Shown: one piece after another, positions 28,232 to 37,038 of the stretch | Position numbering within the stretch: position 1 is the stretch's first letter | How the letters are laid out: every line of letters begins with the position of its first letter | Origin: Nitrospinales bacterium | GTDB lineage: Bacteria > Nitrospinota > Nitrospinia > Nitrospinales > VA-1 | DNA length: 64,000 bases | Assembly (NCBI GenBank): GCA_965223795.1 | Contig: CBDCXL010000002.1 | Location: 1,568,001 to 1,632,000 of the forward strand | Reading direction: 5' to 3' | Notes under the pieces: model-generated | The model's database searches: none | Seen by the model: the letters and a program-made list of their open reading frames with translations, nothing else | What the model was told of the DNA's origin: nothing | Translations under genes and position numbers: made by a program

Positions 28232-29034
28232 GGTACGCATTCGTCCTTGGCGGCGACTTCGCTCATTTCATCTTTCGCTCGCATGATGATCTCCCGCGCC
28301 AGCTCCACATACGAATCGGACCCCTTGGACCGCCCGGCGTAAAGCACCACGGGCTTGCCGTGGCTCGGCGCTTCGCTGAGCCGGATGTTGCGGGGAATGA
28401 CCGACTCGAGCAGAAATTCCTTGAAATATTTTTTCACCTGGTCGCGCACCTGCGCCGCCAGCAGCGTGCGGCCGTCGTACATGGTGAGCAGAATCCCTTC
28501 GACCCGAAGCTCGGGGTTGAGGGATTTTTTCACCAGCTTCAATGTCTTCAACAAATGACTCAAGCCCTGCAGGGCGTAGTATTCGCACTGCATCGGGATC
28601 AGCACCGAATCGCTGGCGGCGAGCGCGTTGAGCGTCAGCAGCCCCAGCGAGGGCGGGCAGTCGATGACGATGAAATCATATTCTTCCTCCGCGCGTTCCA
28701 GCACCGAAGCCAGCCGTTTCTCGCGCGCTTCGTGCGTCACCAGCTCGATCTCCGCGCCGGTCAGATCTACAGACGAAGGAATGAGTTTGAGCGTTTCGAT
28801 CTCGGTGGCGCGGATCACCTCCTGCAACGGCGCCTCCTGCATCATCAACTCATACAGCCCCTTGTCGCCCTCCGAGAGTTCCACCCCCAGACCGCTCGAA
28901 GCGTTCGCCTGCGGGTCCACATCAACGAGCAGAACCCTGCGGCCGGAAAGCGCGATGCAGGCCGACAGATTGATGGCCGTGGTCGTCTTTCCCACCCCGC
29001 CTTTTTGATTGGCGATGGTTATGATTTTTCCCAT
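28228..29034 (-). CDS. parA: chromosome partitioning ATPase ParA/Soj
   Basis: ANQKGGVGKTTT, DPQANA, IDCPPSLG and LSEAPSHG motifs. Confidence 0.97.
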   Translation of the reverse strand: MGKIITIANQKGGVGKTTTAINLSACIALSGRRVLLVDVDPQANASSGLGVELSEGDKGLYELMMQEAPLQEVIRATEIETLKLIPSSVDLTGAEIELVTHEAREKRLASVLERAEEEYDFIVIDCPPSLGLLTLNALAASDSVLIPMQCEYYALQGLSHLLKTLKLVKKSLNPELRVEGILLTMYDGRTLLAAQVRDQVKKYFKEFLLESVIPRNIRLSEAPSHGKPVVLYAGRSKGSDSYVELAREIIMRAKDEMSEVAAKDECVP

Positions 29035-29211
29035 ATCACATTGATTTATAGGGCGATAGGCTCATCCCCTAGAATAACATAAAAAAATTCCGCTTCCAAC
29101 ACAAAATTCGGAGAAATGATATTCAAGCCCAACAAATAAATCGGCAAGATGCGATTTTATTGGCATGCGGAATATTATATCGGCAGAACCTATTGTTTTT
29201 TATTCACTTAT

Positions 29212-29227
29212 TGTTTCACATGGAACC
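29212..29227. promoter_or_regulatory. parS-like site
   Basis: TGTTTCACATGGAACC, 2 mismatches to TGTTTCACGTGGAACA, upstream of parA. Confidence 0.5.
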
Positions 29228-29866
29228 CGCCTCAAAGATCATCAGCTTGGAGCGCGGACCCGAGGGGTGTGCCAGCGGGATCTCCGCCGTGAGAGCGGGC
29301 AAGCGCGGGTTCTGCCGCACGCTATCAGGAACCTGGGCTTCGGGTTCTTTCTGGATCACGATGCGGCCGCCGGGATGTAAAAAGGGTGCGGACCAGTTCA
29401 GACAATCCTCCAGAGATCCGACCGCCCGCAGCAAGACCGTATCGTATCGTGTGGAATGAATCCCAGCGGCCTGCTCCGCGCGCAGGTGCAGCACATCCAT
29501 TTCGCGCAATCCCATGCTGCGCACCGCCTGGCGTAAAAAAGCGGCGCGTTTTCGATTGCTTTCGATCAGCGTCATCGGCACGGCGGGCAACACCGCCTTG
29601 ACCGGCAGACCGGGGAAACCACCGCCGCTGCCGATGTCCAGAATGTTTCGCGGTGTTTCAATGCCCTTCATATAGTAAAGGGAATTCAGGATGTGCCGGT
29701 CGATGAGACTTTCCGCATCCTTCTCCGCAGTGAGGTTGATTCTGGCGTTCCACTTCCGCCATTCTTCTATATAGAGCAGGAGGGATTCCGCGGCGGCCTC
29801 CGGTTCCACGGGAAAACCGCACTCGCGCGCGATGGCGCCGATGGAATGGATCAGCTTTTCCTTCAT
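29216..29866 (-). CDS. rsmG: 16S rRNA m7G527 methyltransferase
   Basis: WNARINLT, HILNSL and LDIGSGGGFPG motifs; next to parA. Confidence 0.93.
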   Translation of the reverse strand: MKEKLIHSIGAIARECGFPVEPEAAAESLLLYIEEWRKWNARINLTAEKDAESLIDRHILNSLYYMKGIETPRNILDIGSGGGFPGLPVKAVLPAVPMTLIESNRKRAAFLRQAVRSMGLREMDVLHLRAEQAAGIHSTRYDTVLLRAVGSLEDCLNWSAPFLHPGGRIVIQKEPEAQVPDSVRQNPRLPALTAEIPLAHPSGPRSKLMIFEAGSM

Positions 29867-30018
29867 GCCCTGAGTCTACCATTCCTCTTAATGTCACCAA
29901 ACTGGAAAGGGGATGGGGCAGCCCAGTGGGAAGAAACTAAAAATGTGGAACAACGGGTCAGGCAGGAAACTGCTACGAGGGAAATGCGGAAAAATGAGGG
30001 GGCGTGCTGCGGGATCGA

Positions 30019-31005
30019 TCAGGCGAGCGCCTTGCGGAATTCCTCGGTCAGAATCGGCAGCACTTCAAGCACGTCTCCGACAATACCGTAATCGGCAATG
30101 GAGAAGATGGGCGCGTGCGGGTCCTTGTTGATGGCGACGATGCATTTTGAGGAAGACATGCCCGCCTGATGCTGGACCGCACCGGAAATGCCGCAGGCGA
30201 TATAGAGGTCCGGTGAAACGGTGCGGCCGGTCTGGCCGACCTGGTTGGAATAGGGACGCCAGCCATCGTCCACGACGGGGCGGCTGGCACCGACCGCGGC
30301 GCCCAGCACCCTGGCCAGCTCTTCCAGAAGGGCGAAGTTCTCTGCATTCTGCATCCCCAGTCCTCCCGAGACCACGATCCTCGCTTCGGTGATATCGAGC
30401 TTGTCCCCGGCTTCCTTGACGATCTCCCGGACCTTCACGGCCAGGGGAGAATCGGGGATGTCCACGGGGAACGTTTCGATGCTGCCCGCACGATCGTGAG
30501 CGGGTTCGCCGCGAAACACGTTGGGGCGCAGTGTGAGGATCTGCGGGCCGTCTCCCTGCAGCACCAGGGTGGCCTGGGCTTTTCCCGCATTGACCGGTCT
30601 TTTGACTTTCAGGTTGGAATCGTCGTCGAAATCCAGTGCGATGCAGTCGGTGGCGAGTCCGGTTTGCAGTTTTGCGGAGAGAGCGGCTGCCAGCTCCTTA
30701 CCGTGCACGGTGGCGGCGAGGAGCAGAACCCTGGGGGCGGCCTGTTTGATTTTATCTGTCAGAACGGAGAGGCTGGTCCAGGCGGAGTGGTGTTCCAGTT
30801 GCGCTGCGGTTAATTGTTCGACCCGGTCGGCGCCGTGTGCGATCAGGGAGTCGGCATCTTTGAGTTTGTCAGAACAAAGCACCCAGGCGGTGACGTTGTT
30901 GCCCGTGGAATCGGCGAGCGTCCGCGCTGCCTGCACCACTTCGAGACTGACGGGTTTGATTTCTCCTTGCACATGTTCAATGACGACGGCGATATCCTGG
31001 GACAT
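30019..31005 (-). CDS. etfA: electron transfer flavoprotein alpha subunit
   Basis: VGASRPVVD and QVGQTGRTVSPDLYIACGISGAVQH motifs. Confidence 0.96.
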   Translation of the reverse strand: MSQDIAVVIEHVQGEIKPVSLEVVQAARTLADSTGNNVTAWVLCSDKLKDADSLIAHGADRVEQLTAAQLEHHSAWTSLSVLTDKIKQAAPRVLLLAATVHGKELAAALSAKLQTGLATDCIALDFDDDSNLKVKRPVNAGKAQATLVLQGDGPQILTLRPNVFRGEPAHDRAGSIETFPVDIPDSPLAVKVREIVKEAGDKLDITEARIVVSGGLGMQNAENFALLEELARVLGAAVGASRPVVDDGWRPYSNQVGQTGRTVSPDLYIACGISGAVQHQAGMSSSKCIVAINKDPHAPIFSIADYGIVGDVLEVLPILTEEFRKALA

Positions 31006-31253
31006 TCTCACGATCCTTCCCTATTCTCTGAATTCCAGTTCGTGGCAGGAGCCACTGTGTTGCGTCGACAGGGCTCCCCATGCTCGGATCTTGCCAGAGC
31101 AGCACACATGTATTCTATTTGGCCGGAGGGCATTATAGAGCACCGTGAGGCAGGGAACCAAACAGGAAACGCCGGCAGCCGCCTCAATTTTTTATATGCC
31201 CATTTGGGCATATAATCAGCCGGGAGAATCCGCTCGCGGTTTCACGCCCTCTC

Positions 31254-31424
31254 TCAGTTGGAGTACTTGCCAGGCGGGCGGAACAGAGGCAGATCGAGGA
31301 TCCATTCCACATCCCAGATCTCCCCGATCGTTCCCAGTCCCAGCAGGAACACGTAGAGCAGGAGCAGCGTGAAGCCCAACTGAGTTTTGTATTTATTGAA
31401 ATTTGTTTTGAAGGTGTTCGACAT
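31254..31424 (-). CDS. small single-TM hypothetical protein
   Basis: 56-aa ORF with hydrophobic LGFTLLLLYVFLLGLG segment between etfB and etfA. Confidence 0.6.
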   Translation of the reverse strand: MSNTFKTNFNKYKTQLGFTLLLLYVFLLGLGTIGEIWDVEWILDLPLFRPPGKYSN

Positions 31425-31487
31425 GGCAGGCGGTTTACGGGTTAGCAATGGAGCTGCGTGCGTCTCGCATCAAAAGGGATGCGTGCT

Positions 31488-32273
31488 TCAAATCAGCTTT
31501 TCTTCTTCTCGAAGAATGCGCACCAACTGCGGGATCGTCTCAGAGTGCGGTCCTTCGAGCACCCTGCCCTTCTTGCGCGCGTCGGGCAGCGCCAGACCGG
31601 TCTGGCGGATGCGGTTGTCCGACGCGTCCGGCCCTTCCGTCAATCCCAGGGCGGCGCGGTCCAGGACCTCGATCGGCTTTTTTTTGGCGGCGATGATTCC
31701 CTTGAGCGCCGGGAGCCGGGGCTCGTTGAGGCCCTTCTGGCAGGTGCCGACGAACGGCAGCGCGGTTTCCAGAACTTCTGACCCGCCTTCGATCTGCCGT
31801 GTCACCACCGCCTCTTGAAAGCTATCGGAAAATTCGAGGCGGGTGATCACGGAAATAAACGGAATGTTGAGCAGAATCCCGAGCGCCGGCCCGACCTGCG
31901 CCATGTCGTCGTCGACGGCCTGGCGGCCGCAGAGCACGAGGTCGAACTTCAAGGTGCGGATGGCCTGTGCCAACACCTGCGCCACGCCGAGATTGTCGAG
32001 ACCCTCGAACGTGGGATCGAGACAGTGGATGGCCTTGTCCGCGCCCATGGCCAGCCCGGCGCGCAGCGTGTCCTTGAATCCTTCCGGCCCGAGGCTGATG
32101 AGGGTGATTTCGCTGTCCGGCTTGCGCTCGCGGATGCGGATCGCTTCCTCGACCGCGAACTCATCGTACGGGTTCATGACGCGCGGGCTTCCCGCACCGT
32201 CGATGGCGCCGTCCTTGATGCTGATTTTCGCGGCGGTGTCCAGCACCTGTTTGACACAAACGACGATCTGCAT
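31488..32273 (-). CDS. etfB: electron transfer flavoprotein beta subunit
   Basis: CVKQV, NPYDEFAVEEA, LAMGAD, GRQAVDDD and NEPRLP motifs. Confidence 0.96.
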   Translation of the reverse strand: MQIVVCVKQVLDTAAKISIKDGAIDGAGSPRVMNPYDEFAVEEAIRIRERKPDSEITLISLGPEGFKDTLRAGLAMGADKAIHCLDPTFEGLDNLGVAQVLAQAIRTLKFDLVLCGRQAVDDDMAQVGPALGILLNIPFISVITRLEFSDSFQEAVVTRQIEGGSEVLETALPFVGTCQKGLNEPRLPALKGIIAAKKKPIEVLDRAALGLTEGPDASDNRIRQTGLALPDARKKGRVLEGPHSETIPQLVRILREEEKLI

Positions 32274-32390
32274 GGCTCGCTCACATAGGGTGTTTCATCG
32301 AGCGGGCATTATCGCATCGTTGCACAAAAATGAAAAGGCGGCAGAGAATAATGAGGGGAATTGCAATGCAAAGGGGAGGGGTTCGGCGGC

Positions 32391-32407
32391 TGTTTCACGG
32401 TGAAACA
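32391..32407. promoter_or_regulatory. parS-like perfect palindrome with one extra central base
   Basis: TGTTTCAC-G-GTGAAACA. Confidence 0.5.
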
Positions 32408-32412
32408 GGGCA

Positions 32413-32760
32413 TCACAACTGGCGGGCGATCTTCTTGAGCGCAGCCTGGATGTGATCGGCCACGGCCTGGCTGCTGATTTTCATGGCTTTGGCGGCGCGG
32501 TTTTTGCGGACGCCGCCGAAAAACACCAGGCTCACGGCGATCAGCTGCTTGTCGGTCAGACCGAGGCCACTGAGATCCAGGTGGAGGCCCTGCAAATGGG
32601 AAAACTCCTTGCGGGGACGATATTCCCCTTGCGGAGATGAAAGGAACGCGGAATCGTTCATGGAAGCGATCACCTCCGGGGGCAAATAACGCAGGTTCGA
32701 ATCCCAGCCGCCCTCTCCTTCTCCCGCGCGATCGGATTTTTGCGCATCAACGGATTTCAT
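32413..32760 (-). CDS. sigma-70 region-4-like HTH protein (candidate late activator or antiterminator)
   Basis: LTDKQLIAVSLVFFGG...AAKAMKISSQAVADHIQAALKKI. Confidence 0.7.
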   Translation of the reverse strand: MKSVDAQKSDRAGEGEGGWDSNLRYLPPEVIASMNDSAFLSSPQGEYRPRKEFSHLQGLHLDLSGLGLTDKQLIAVSLVFFGGVRKNRAAKAMKISSQAVADHIQAALKKIARQL

Positions 32761-33181
32761 GATCGATTCCCATTCGTTCCAGATACTGTTTGAACTCGAA
32801 CTCATCGTACAACACAAAATACAAAAACCATTTCGGCGGATGGACTTCCATCAGATCGCGTTTCAGCGCTGCGGGCAGCGCATCGGCCGGCCCGGTGACC
32901 GGAACGCCGTTGACAAAATGCCTGTCCTGCTGGCTCATCACGCGCCAGTATTCCCGCGCCGTCTTGAAATGAAACCACAGGACATCGAGCGGCAGGTCCT
33001 TCTGGTACACGTAATTTCCGCAGTAAAAGCAGCTCCATCCGGCCTGTCCCGGAACCAGCCCCACCCTGCCGCAGCCGCGCCTTAAGGTTTCCCCGCTTTC
33101 CAGCGCAATGTCCCGCTCCCGGCACAACAGCCAGGCACTGCGGTTGAATTGCGGGCGCTGTGACTGCCTCACGATCCGCAT
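32747..33181 (-). CDS. hypothetical protein with partial Zn-ribbon (WSCFYCG)
   Basis: Overlaps both neighbours; GCG...CFYCG motif. Confidence 0.6.
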   Translation of the reverse strand: MRIVRQSQRPQFNRSAWLLCRERDIALESGETLRRGCGRVGLVPGQAGWSCFYCGNYVYQKDLPLDVLWFHFKTAREYWRVMSQQDRHFVNGVPVTGPADALPAALKRDLMEVHPPKWFLYFVLYDEFEFKQYLERMGIDHEIR

Positions 33182-34599
33182 CGCACATCCTCCTTAAACC
33201 GCGCCCTGCTTATTGAAGATGCTGGTGCACAGGCATCGCCCGAAATTGTGCGGATTCCATGCAGCCGGAATCCATACAGCGAGTCGGTATCGCTCATACA
33301 GGTAGAATTGGTGATGAGCGCCTGATCGATCCAGCCGTTTTGTTTGAGTTGCGACACCATCTTGAGCAGGCGCATCAGCGAGGCGCGGGGCAGGGTTTCC
33401 GTGCTCAAGCGCAACAAGCGAAATGCAGGCATTCCCCTTCGTGTGCGCAGGCGAGACAATCTGCAAAGCAGCGCCGCGGTCAGAGCGGCGGCGCAAAGAA
33501 GGCGGGATGCGGGACCCAATGTGTCCAGGGGATGAAACCGGCCGTGCCGGCACAAGCCAAAATGCATGCGCGCGCCCCGGGTCTCGATCATGAACCGCAG
33601 ATCGCTTGCGGTGGAACACAGTGCATTCCCGGTTTCTTCTTCCATGGCGCTAATGAAAGACGATTGGATCTCTCCGGAGATTCCCTTGAGCCCCAGGGAG
33701 TCGGCGACCGCGCGGGTGATGCGGCGTTTTAATTCGAACTGCTTCCATTCATCCTTGAGAGCGGGCGCACGATCCGCCAAGCCGATTTCTTTCAGATACG
33801 CTCTCGCGGCGGAACGCCTGTGGACGGCCGAATTCAACGATTCGATCGATTTGCCAAGACGCCGTTGAATTCTCTCCATATTTTCCAATGAGGATATCGA
33901 TTCGGACCAGAACGACAACGCCTCATCCACAATCTGCGTGACGCTCCCTGCAAATTCAGGATCGGATTCAAACATGCGTTGTCTCACGATTCCGGTCCGA
34001 CAAACCGGTGGGCCCTCATGAGCCATCCGCAATGCAGGGAAAACGGGCACCGGATCATTAAGCGCCCGGTAAGAGCGCTTTTCTCCATAGAAGCGTTTGA
34101 AAGTCCAGACTAGAATCTTTTCGCGTACAACTTGTTTGGGTAGGCATTCTTCGGGAAGAGTGTAGGGGAAAAACCAGTCTGGTTTGTTCTTGACTGGAAA
34201 CCCGGAGGGATCAACCGGAAGCACCGGGATCACCTCACCCAGATTGCACTGGATCCAGCGCCGGCTTTCCTCCCGGCTCCGGCGAATTCCATTGATACGG
34301 ATGTGCTGCCTGTCTCCCCTCTCTGTTTCGGAGCGGTAAGTCCGCTGCACCTGGAATCGATTCCCATTCAATTCCCAACCGGTTTCAAGACGCACTTCAT
34401 TTGAATGCGCAAATCGCACAACGTCGCACTCAAGCCGCGGCCGGGCGGGCATCGTTCCCAGAAGACACAACGACAGCGCTTCGAATACGGCGGATTGGAC
34501 CGCCCCGTTGCCGCCTTTCGATGCGATCAAATCGAGTCCGGAAAGCTTGAGATGAAATGTAAAACCTTTGAACCCCTCTGCCTTGATTTCTTGCAGCAT
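33169..34599 (-). CDS. degenerate SbcC/Rad50-like ABC-ATPase remnant
   Basis: N-terminus MLQEIKAEGFKG...LDLI..GGNGAVQSAVFEALSLCLLG with an eroded Walker A; eroded signature and Walker B region at the C-terminus. Confidence 0.55.
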   Translation of the reverse strand: MLQEIKAEGFKGFTFHLKLSGLDLIASKGGNGAVQSAVFEALSLCLLGTMPARPRLECDVVRFAHSNEVRLETGWELNGNRFQVQRTYRSETERGDRQHIRINGIRRSREESRRWIQCNLGEVIPVLPVDPSGFPVKNKPDWFFPYTLPEECLPKQVVREKILVWTFKRFYGEKRSYRALNDPVPVFPALRMAHEGPPVCRTGIVRQRMFESDPEFAGSVTQIVDEALSFWSESISSLENMERIQRRLGKSIESLNSAVHRRSAARAYLKEIGLADRAPALKDEWKQFELKRRITRAVADSLGLKGISGEIQSSFISAMEEETGNALCSTASDLRFMIETRGARMHFGLCRHGRFHPLDTLGPASRLLCAAALTAALLCRLSRLRTRRGMPAFRLLRLSTETLPRASLMRLLKMVSQLKQNGWIDQALITNSTCMSDTDSLYGFRLHGIRTISGDACAPASSISRARFKEDVRCGS

Positions 34600-34704
34600 G
34601 CATCCATCCCTGTAGTTGGCATTCAAAGCAAATGAAATGCTATAATCGGGCGGCGAAAACGGCTCACCGGGAGGGGGGAGCGCCTTTCGTCCCCTCTCGA
34701 CAAC

Positions 34705-34734
34705 CATAATGGGACATTTGTCCCCTTCTGTCAA
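34705..34734 (-). promoter_or_regulatory. sigma-70 promoter with operator palindrome in the spacer
   Basis: Minus strand TTGACA-N17-CATTAT; palindrome GGGACA-TT-TGTCCC at 34711-34724. Confidence 0.7.
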
Positions 34735-34754
34735 GTTCTATTTTTCTTTTTTTA

Positions 34755-35642
34755 ATGCCTCTTCAGGATGTGTGGGACAGAATTTCGCTGCTTCAGGAGG
34801 GCGAACCGCTCACGGTCTTCTGTCGCAAGGTGGACCTGAATTACCAGGCGATGAAAAAGAGTTCGCAGAGAAAGACCGCTCCGGACACGCAATCTCTTGA
34901 AAAAATTGCGAGTTTTTTTCACGCCGATCTGCGCTGGCTGGTGACGGGGGAGAAAAGCACGACCCGGCTGGGTCTGCGGGCAGGGCGGAAACTGAAGGAG
35001 CTGAGGAAGAGCAGGGGATGGTCCGCCGATGAGCTGGCGGAGAAGCTTGCGCTGAATGCCGGGGTCCTCAAGATGTACGAAAAGGGAATCGGGCAGATCC
35101 CGCTCGATCTGTTGAACGAATTAGCGAAAAAACTGGGAGCCCCGCCGCACGAGTTTTTGCTGGAAGGGGAGTCGCAGCCGGTGCGGAGTCCGGAATTCAA
35201 AGTCATTCAGGCAGGCAGCGCAAAACACGCCATGACATTGAACGAGGAAGATTTCGTGTCCATTCCGTTGACCGGTTCGGCCATAGCCGCGGGCCAGCCC
35301 ATCATCCAGGAAGAAGCGATCGAGGACTATGTGCTGCTGCATGTACGCGCCGTCGGGAGAAGAAAAAATCTGGTGGCCAGCCGGGTGGACGGTTCATCCA
35401 TGGAGCCGATGCTGCAATCGGGAGACATTGTGGTGATCGACCGCAACGATAAAAAAATACTCAAAAACCGCATCTATGCTATCTTCTTTGAAGACGGCCT
35501 CACCGCCAAGTACGCCGAAAAGAGAAAGGACCTTCTCATTCTGCGTCCCGTCAATCCCAACGCCCAGGTTCAAATCGTCTCATTGAAGGAACATCCCGAT
35601 CCCGTGGTGGGGAGGATCATCGGTGCGTGGAAGGAATTCTGA
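34755..35642 (+). CDS. CI/LexA-like repressor (two XRE-type HTH domains plus S24 autopeptidase)
   Basis: ADLRWLVTGE, LKELRKSRGWSADELAEKL, IAAG cleavage loop, VDGSSMEP serine and LTAK lysine. Confidence 0.9.
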   Translation: MPLQDVWDRISLLQEGEPLTVFCRKVDLNYQAMKKSSQRKTAPDTQSLEKIASFFHADLRWLVTGEKSTTRLGLRAGRKLKELRKSRGWSADELAEKLALNAGVLKMYEKGIGQIPLDLLNELAKKLGAPPHEFLLEGESQPVRSPEFKVIQAGSAKHAMTLNEEDFVSIPLTGSAIAAGQPIIQEEAIEDYVLLHVRAVGRRKNLVASRVDGSSMEPMLQSGDIVVIDRNDKKILKNRIYAIFFEDGLTAKYAEKRKDLLILRPVNPNAQVQIVSLKEHPDPVVGRIIGAWKEF

Positions 35643-35655
35643 ACCGTTCTGTTCC

Positions 35656-36105
35656 ATGAAAGACATCCCTCCTGAAAATCGCCCTCCCAGCAATAGCCTG
35701 AAAATACTGATCGCGGACGATGCGCCGCTCAATCTGCACCTGGCCAGCAAACTGCTCAAGCGCAAGGGGCATCAGGTGGTGGCGGTGGACAACGGCGCCG
35801 AGGCGATCGAGGCGCTGGAAAAGGAAGCGTTCGACGCGATCCTCATGGACATGCAGATGCCGGTGATGGACGGCATCGAAGCGACGCTGAAAATCCGCCA
35901 GTCGGAATCAAAGGGTCTGAAAACGAACCGCTCGGCACCGGGGAAAAAAATTCCCATCATTGCGCTCACCGCCAACGACGAAGGCGGTGCGCACAAAACC
36001 TGCCTGGATGCGGGGATGGACGGCGTGATCGCCAAACCCATCGAAGTCAAAACCCTGATGGACACCATCACCGCGATCATCGAAAAATCGAAGTCGTCCC
36101 CCTGA
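35656..36105 (+). CDS. stand-alone receiver-domain response regulator
   Basis: ILIADD, ILMDMQMPVMDG, IIALTAN and AKP; resembles the receiver domain of a hybrid kinase. Confidence 0.9.
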   Translation: MKDIPPENRPPSNSLKILIADDAPLNLHLASKLLKRKGHQVVAVDNGAEAIEALEKEAFDAILMDMQMPVMDGIEATLKIRQSESKGLKTNRSAPGKKIPIIALTANDEGGAHKTCLDAGMDGVIAKPIEVKTLMDTITAIIEKSKSSP

Positions 36106-36150
36106 TACCCTACCCGCGTCATTGCTTCATTTAAAATGATGGGGCGATGC

Positions 36151-36399
36151 TCACTGCATTGTGTGGATCCTTCCGTCCCGCTGGTGGGATTCCACAAGCG
36201 ACTCGATCTTGTCTATCTGCTTCTGCTGGGTTCCCAGCATCGTGTGGTATTGAACGATTTCCGACCGCACGTCGCTCAACCCCTGCATCGTTTTGATTTC
36301 CAGGCCGTCGATCTTGTTGTCGATCCACAAAGCGGCACCGATGAGGGTGATGACCATGGCGATGCTCACTCCCGTTTCGCGTGTGATTTTATCTTGCAT
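36151..36399 (-). CDS. small TM plus coiled-coil hypothetical protein (phage-like)
   Basis: AGAGGG RBS, one TM segment, last gene of the late operon. Confidence 0.6.
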   Translation of the reverse strand: MQDKITRETGVSIAMVITLIGAALWIDNKIDGLEIKTMQGLSDVRSEIVQYHTMLGTQQKQIDKIESLVESHQRDGRIHTMQ

Positions 36400-36438
36400 G
36401 CCGCCCTCTGATCGTATTCAAGCAATCGCCAAACTGCG

Positions 36439-36993
36439 TCAGCACGTCTGCCAGCCTGCTTTGGTGCCCGAGCCGTTCGACTTCAGGCATTCCCCTGACG
36501 ATCCCTCTCCGAATCCCATATTGTATTCATCGGCGCGGATGCCGCTTGTGGAACCCGCGCTGTTGCGGTACACGTTGCCCCAGCGCTGCACGTTCGCCGT
36601 GCTGCCGGTGATCGGCGGCGTGTCCGCCTCGGAACCGGCTCCCACCAGCTCCAGAAAGGTGTTGCCCGACAGGTAAAGGTAGGCGAGCGCAGATTCGATG
36701 AACTCGAATTTTCCCTGCAGCGGATTGGGCCTTTCCATCAGCCGCAGCACCGGGTGGTCCGGAATTTCCCTGCGGCCGCCGTCGGGCAGGCGCCGGAACA
36801 GCTGCCAGCAAACACTGGCGGCGGCTTCGGCGATCTCTTTCACGCAGGCGAACACCACGCTGTTCTGGGTGAAGCCTTCTTTGGCCAGGGACACGAAATC
36901 CCCTCTCGGGGCCACGCCCTGATTCAGGGGAAAGTAAAGCGTCAGCGCCCGATGGACGGCGGATTGTTTTTTAAACCAGTTGAATAGTTTCAT
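36439..36993 (-). pseudogene. truncated HK97-type portal fused in frame to a tail-fibre-like C-terminus
   Basis: EGFTQNSVVFACVKEIAEAAAS...HPVLRLMERPNPLQ...YLYLSGN.F covers only ~125 aa, then GSSGECLKSNGSG..W.T. Confidence 0.75.
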
Positions 36994-37038
36994 GGGTTCC
37001 TGTGCCGGTTCTGCCTGCCCGGTTGTGCTTCTGTCCGC

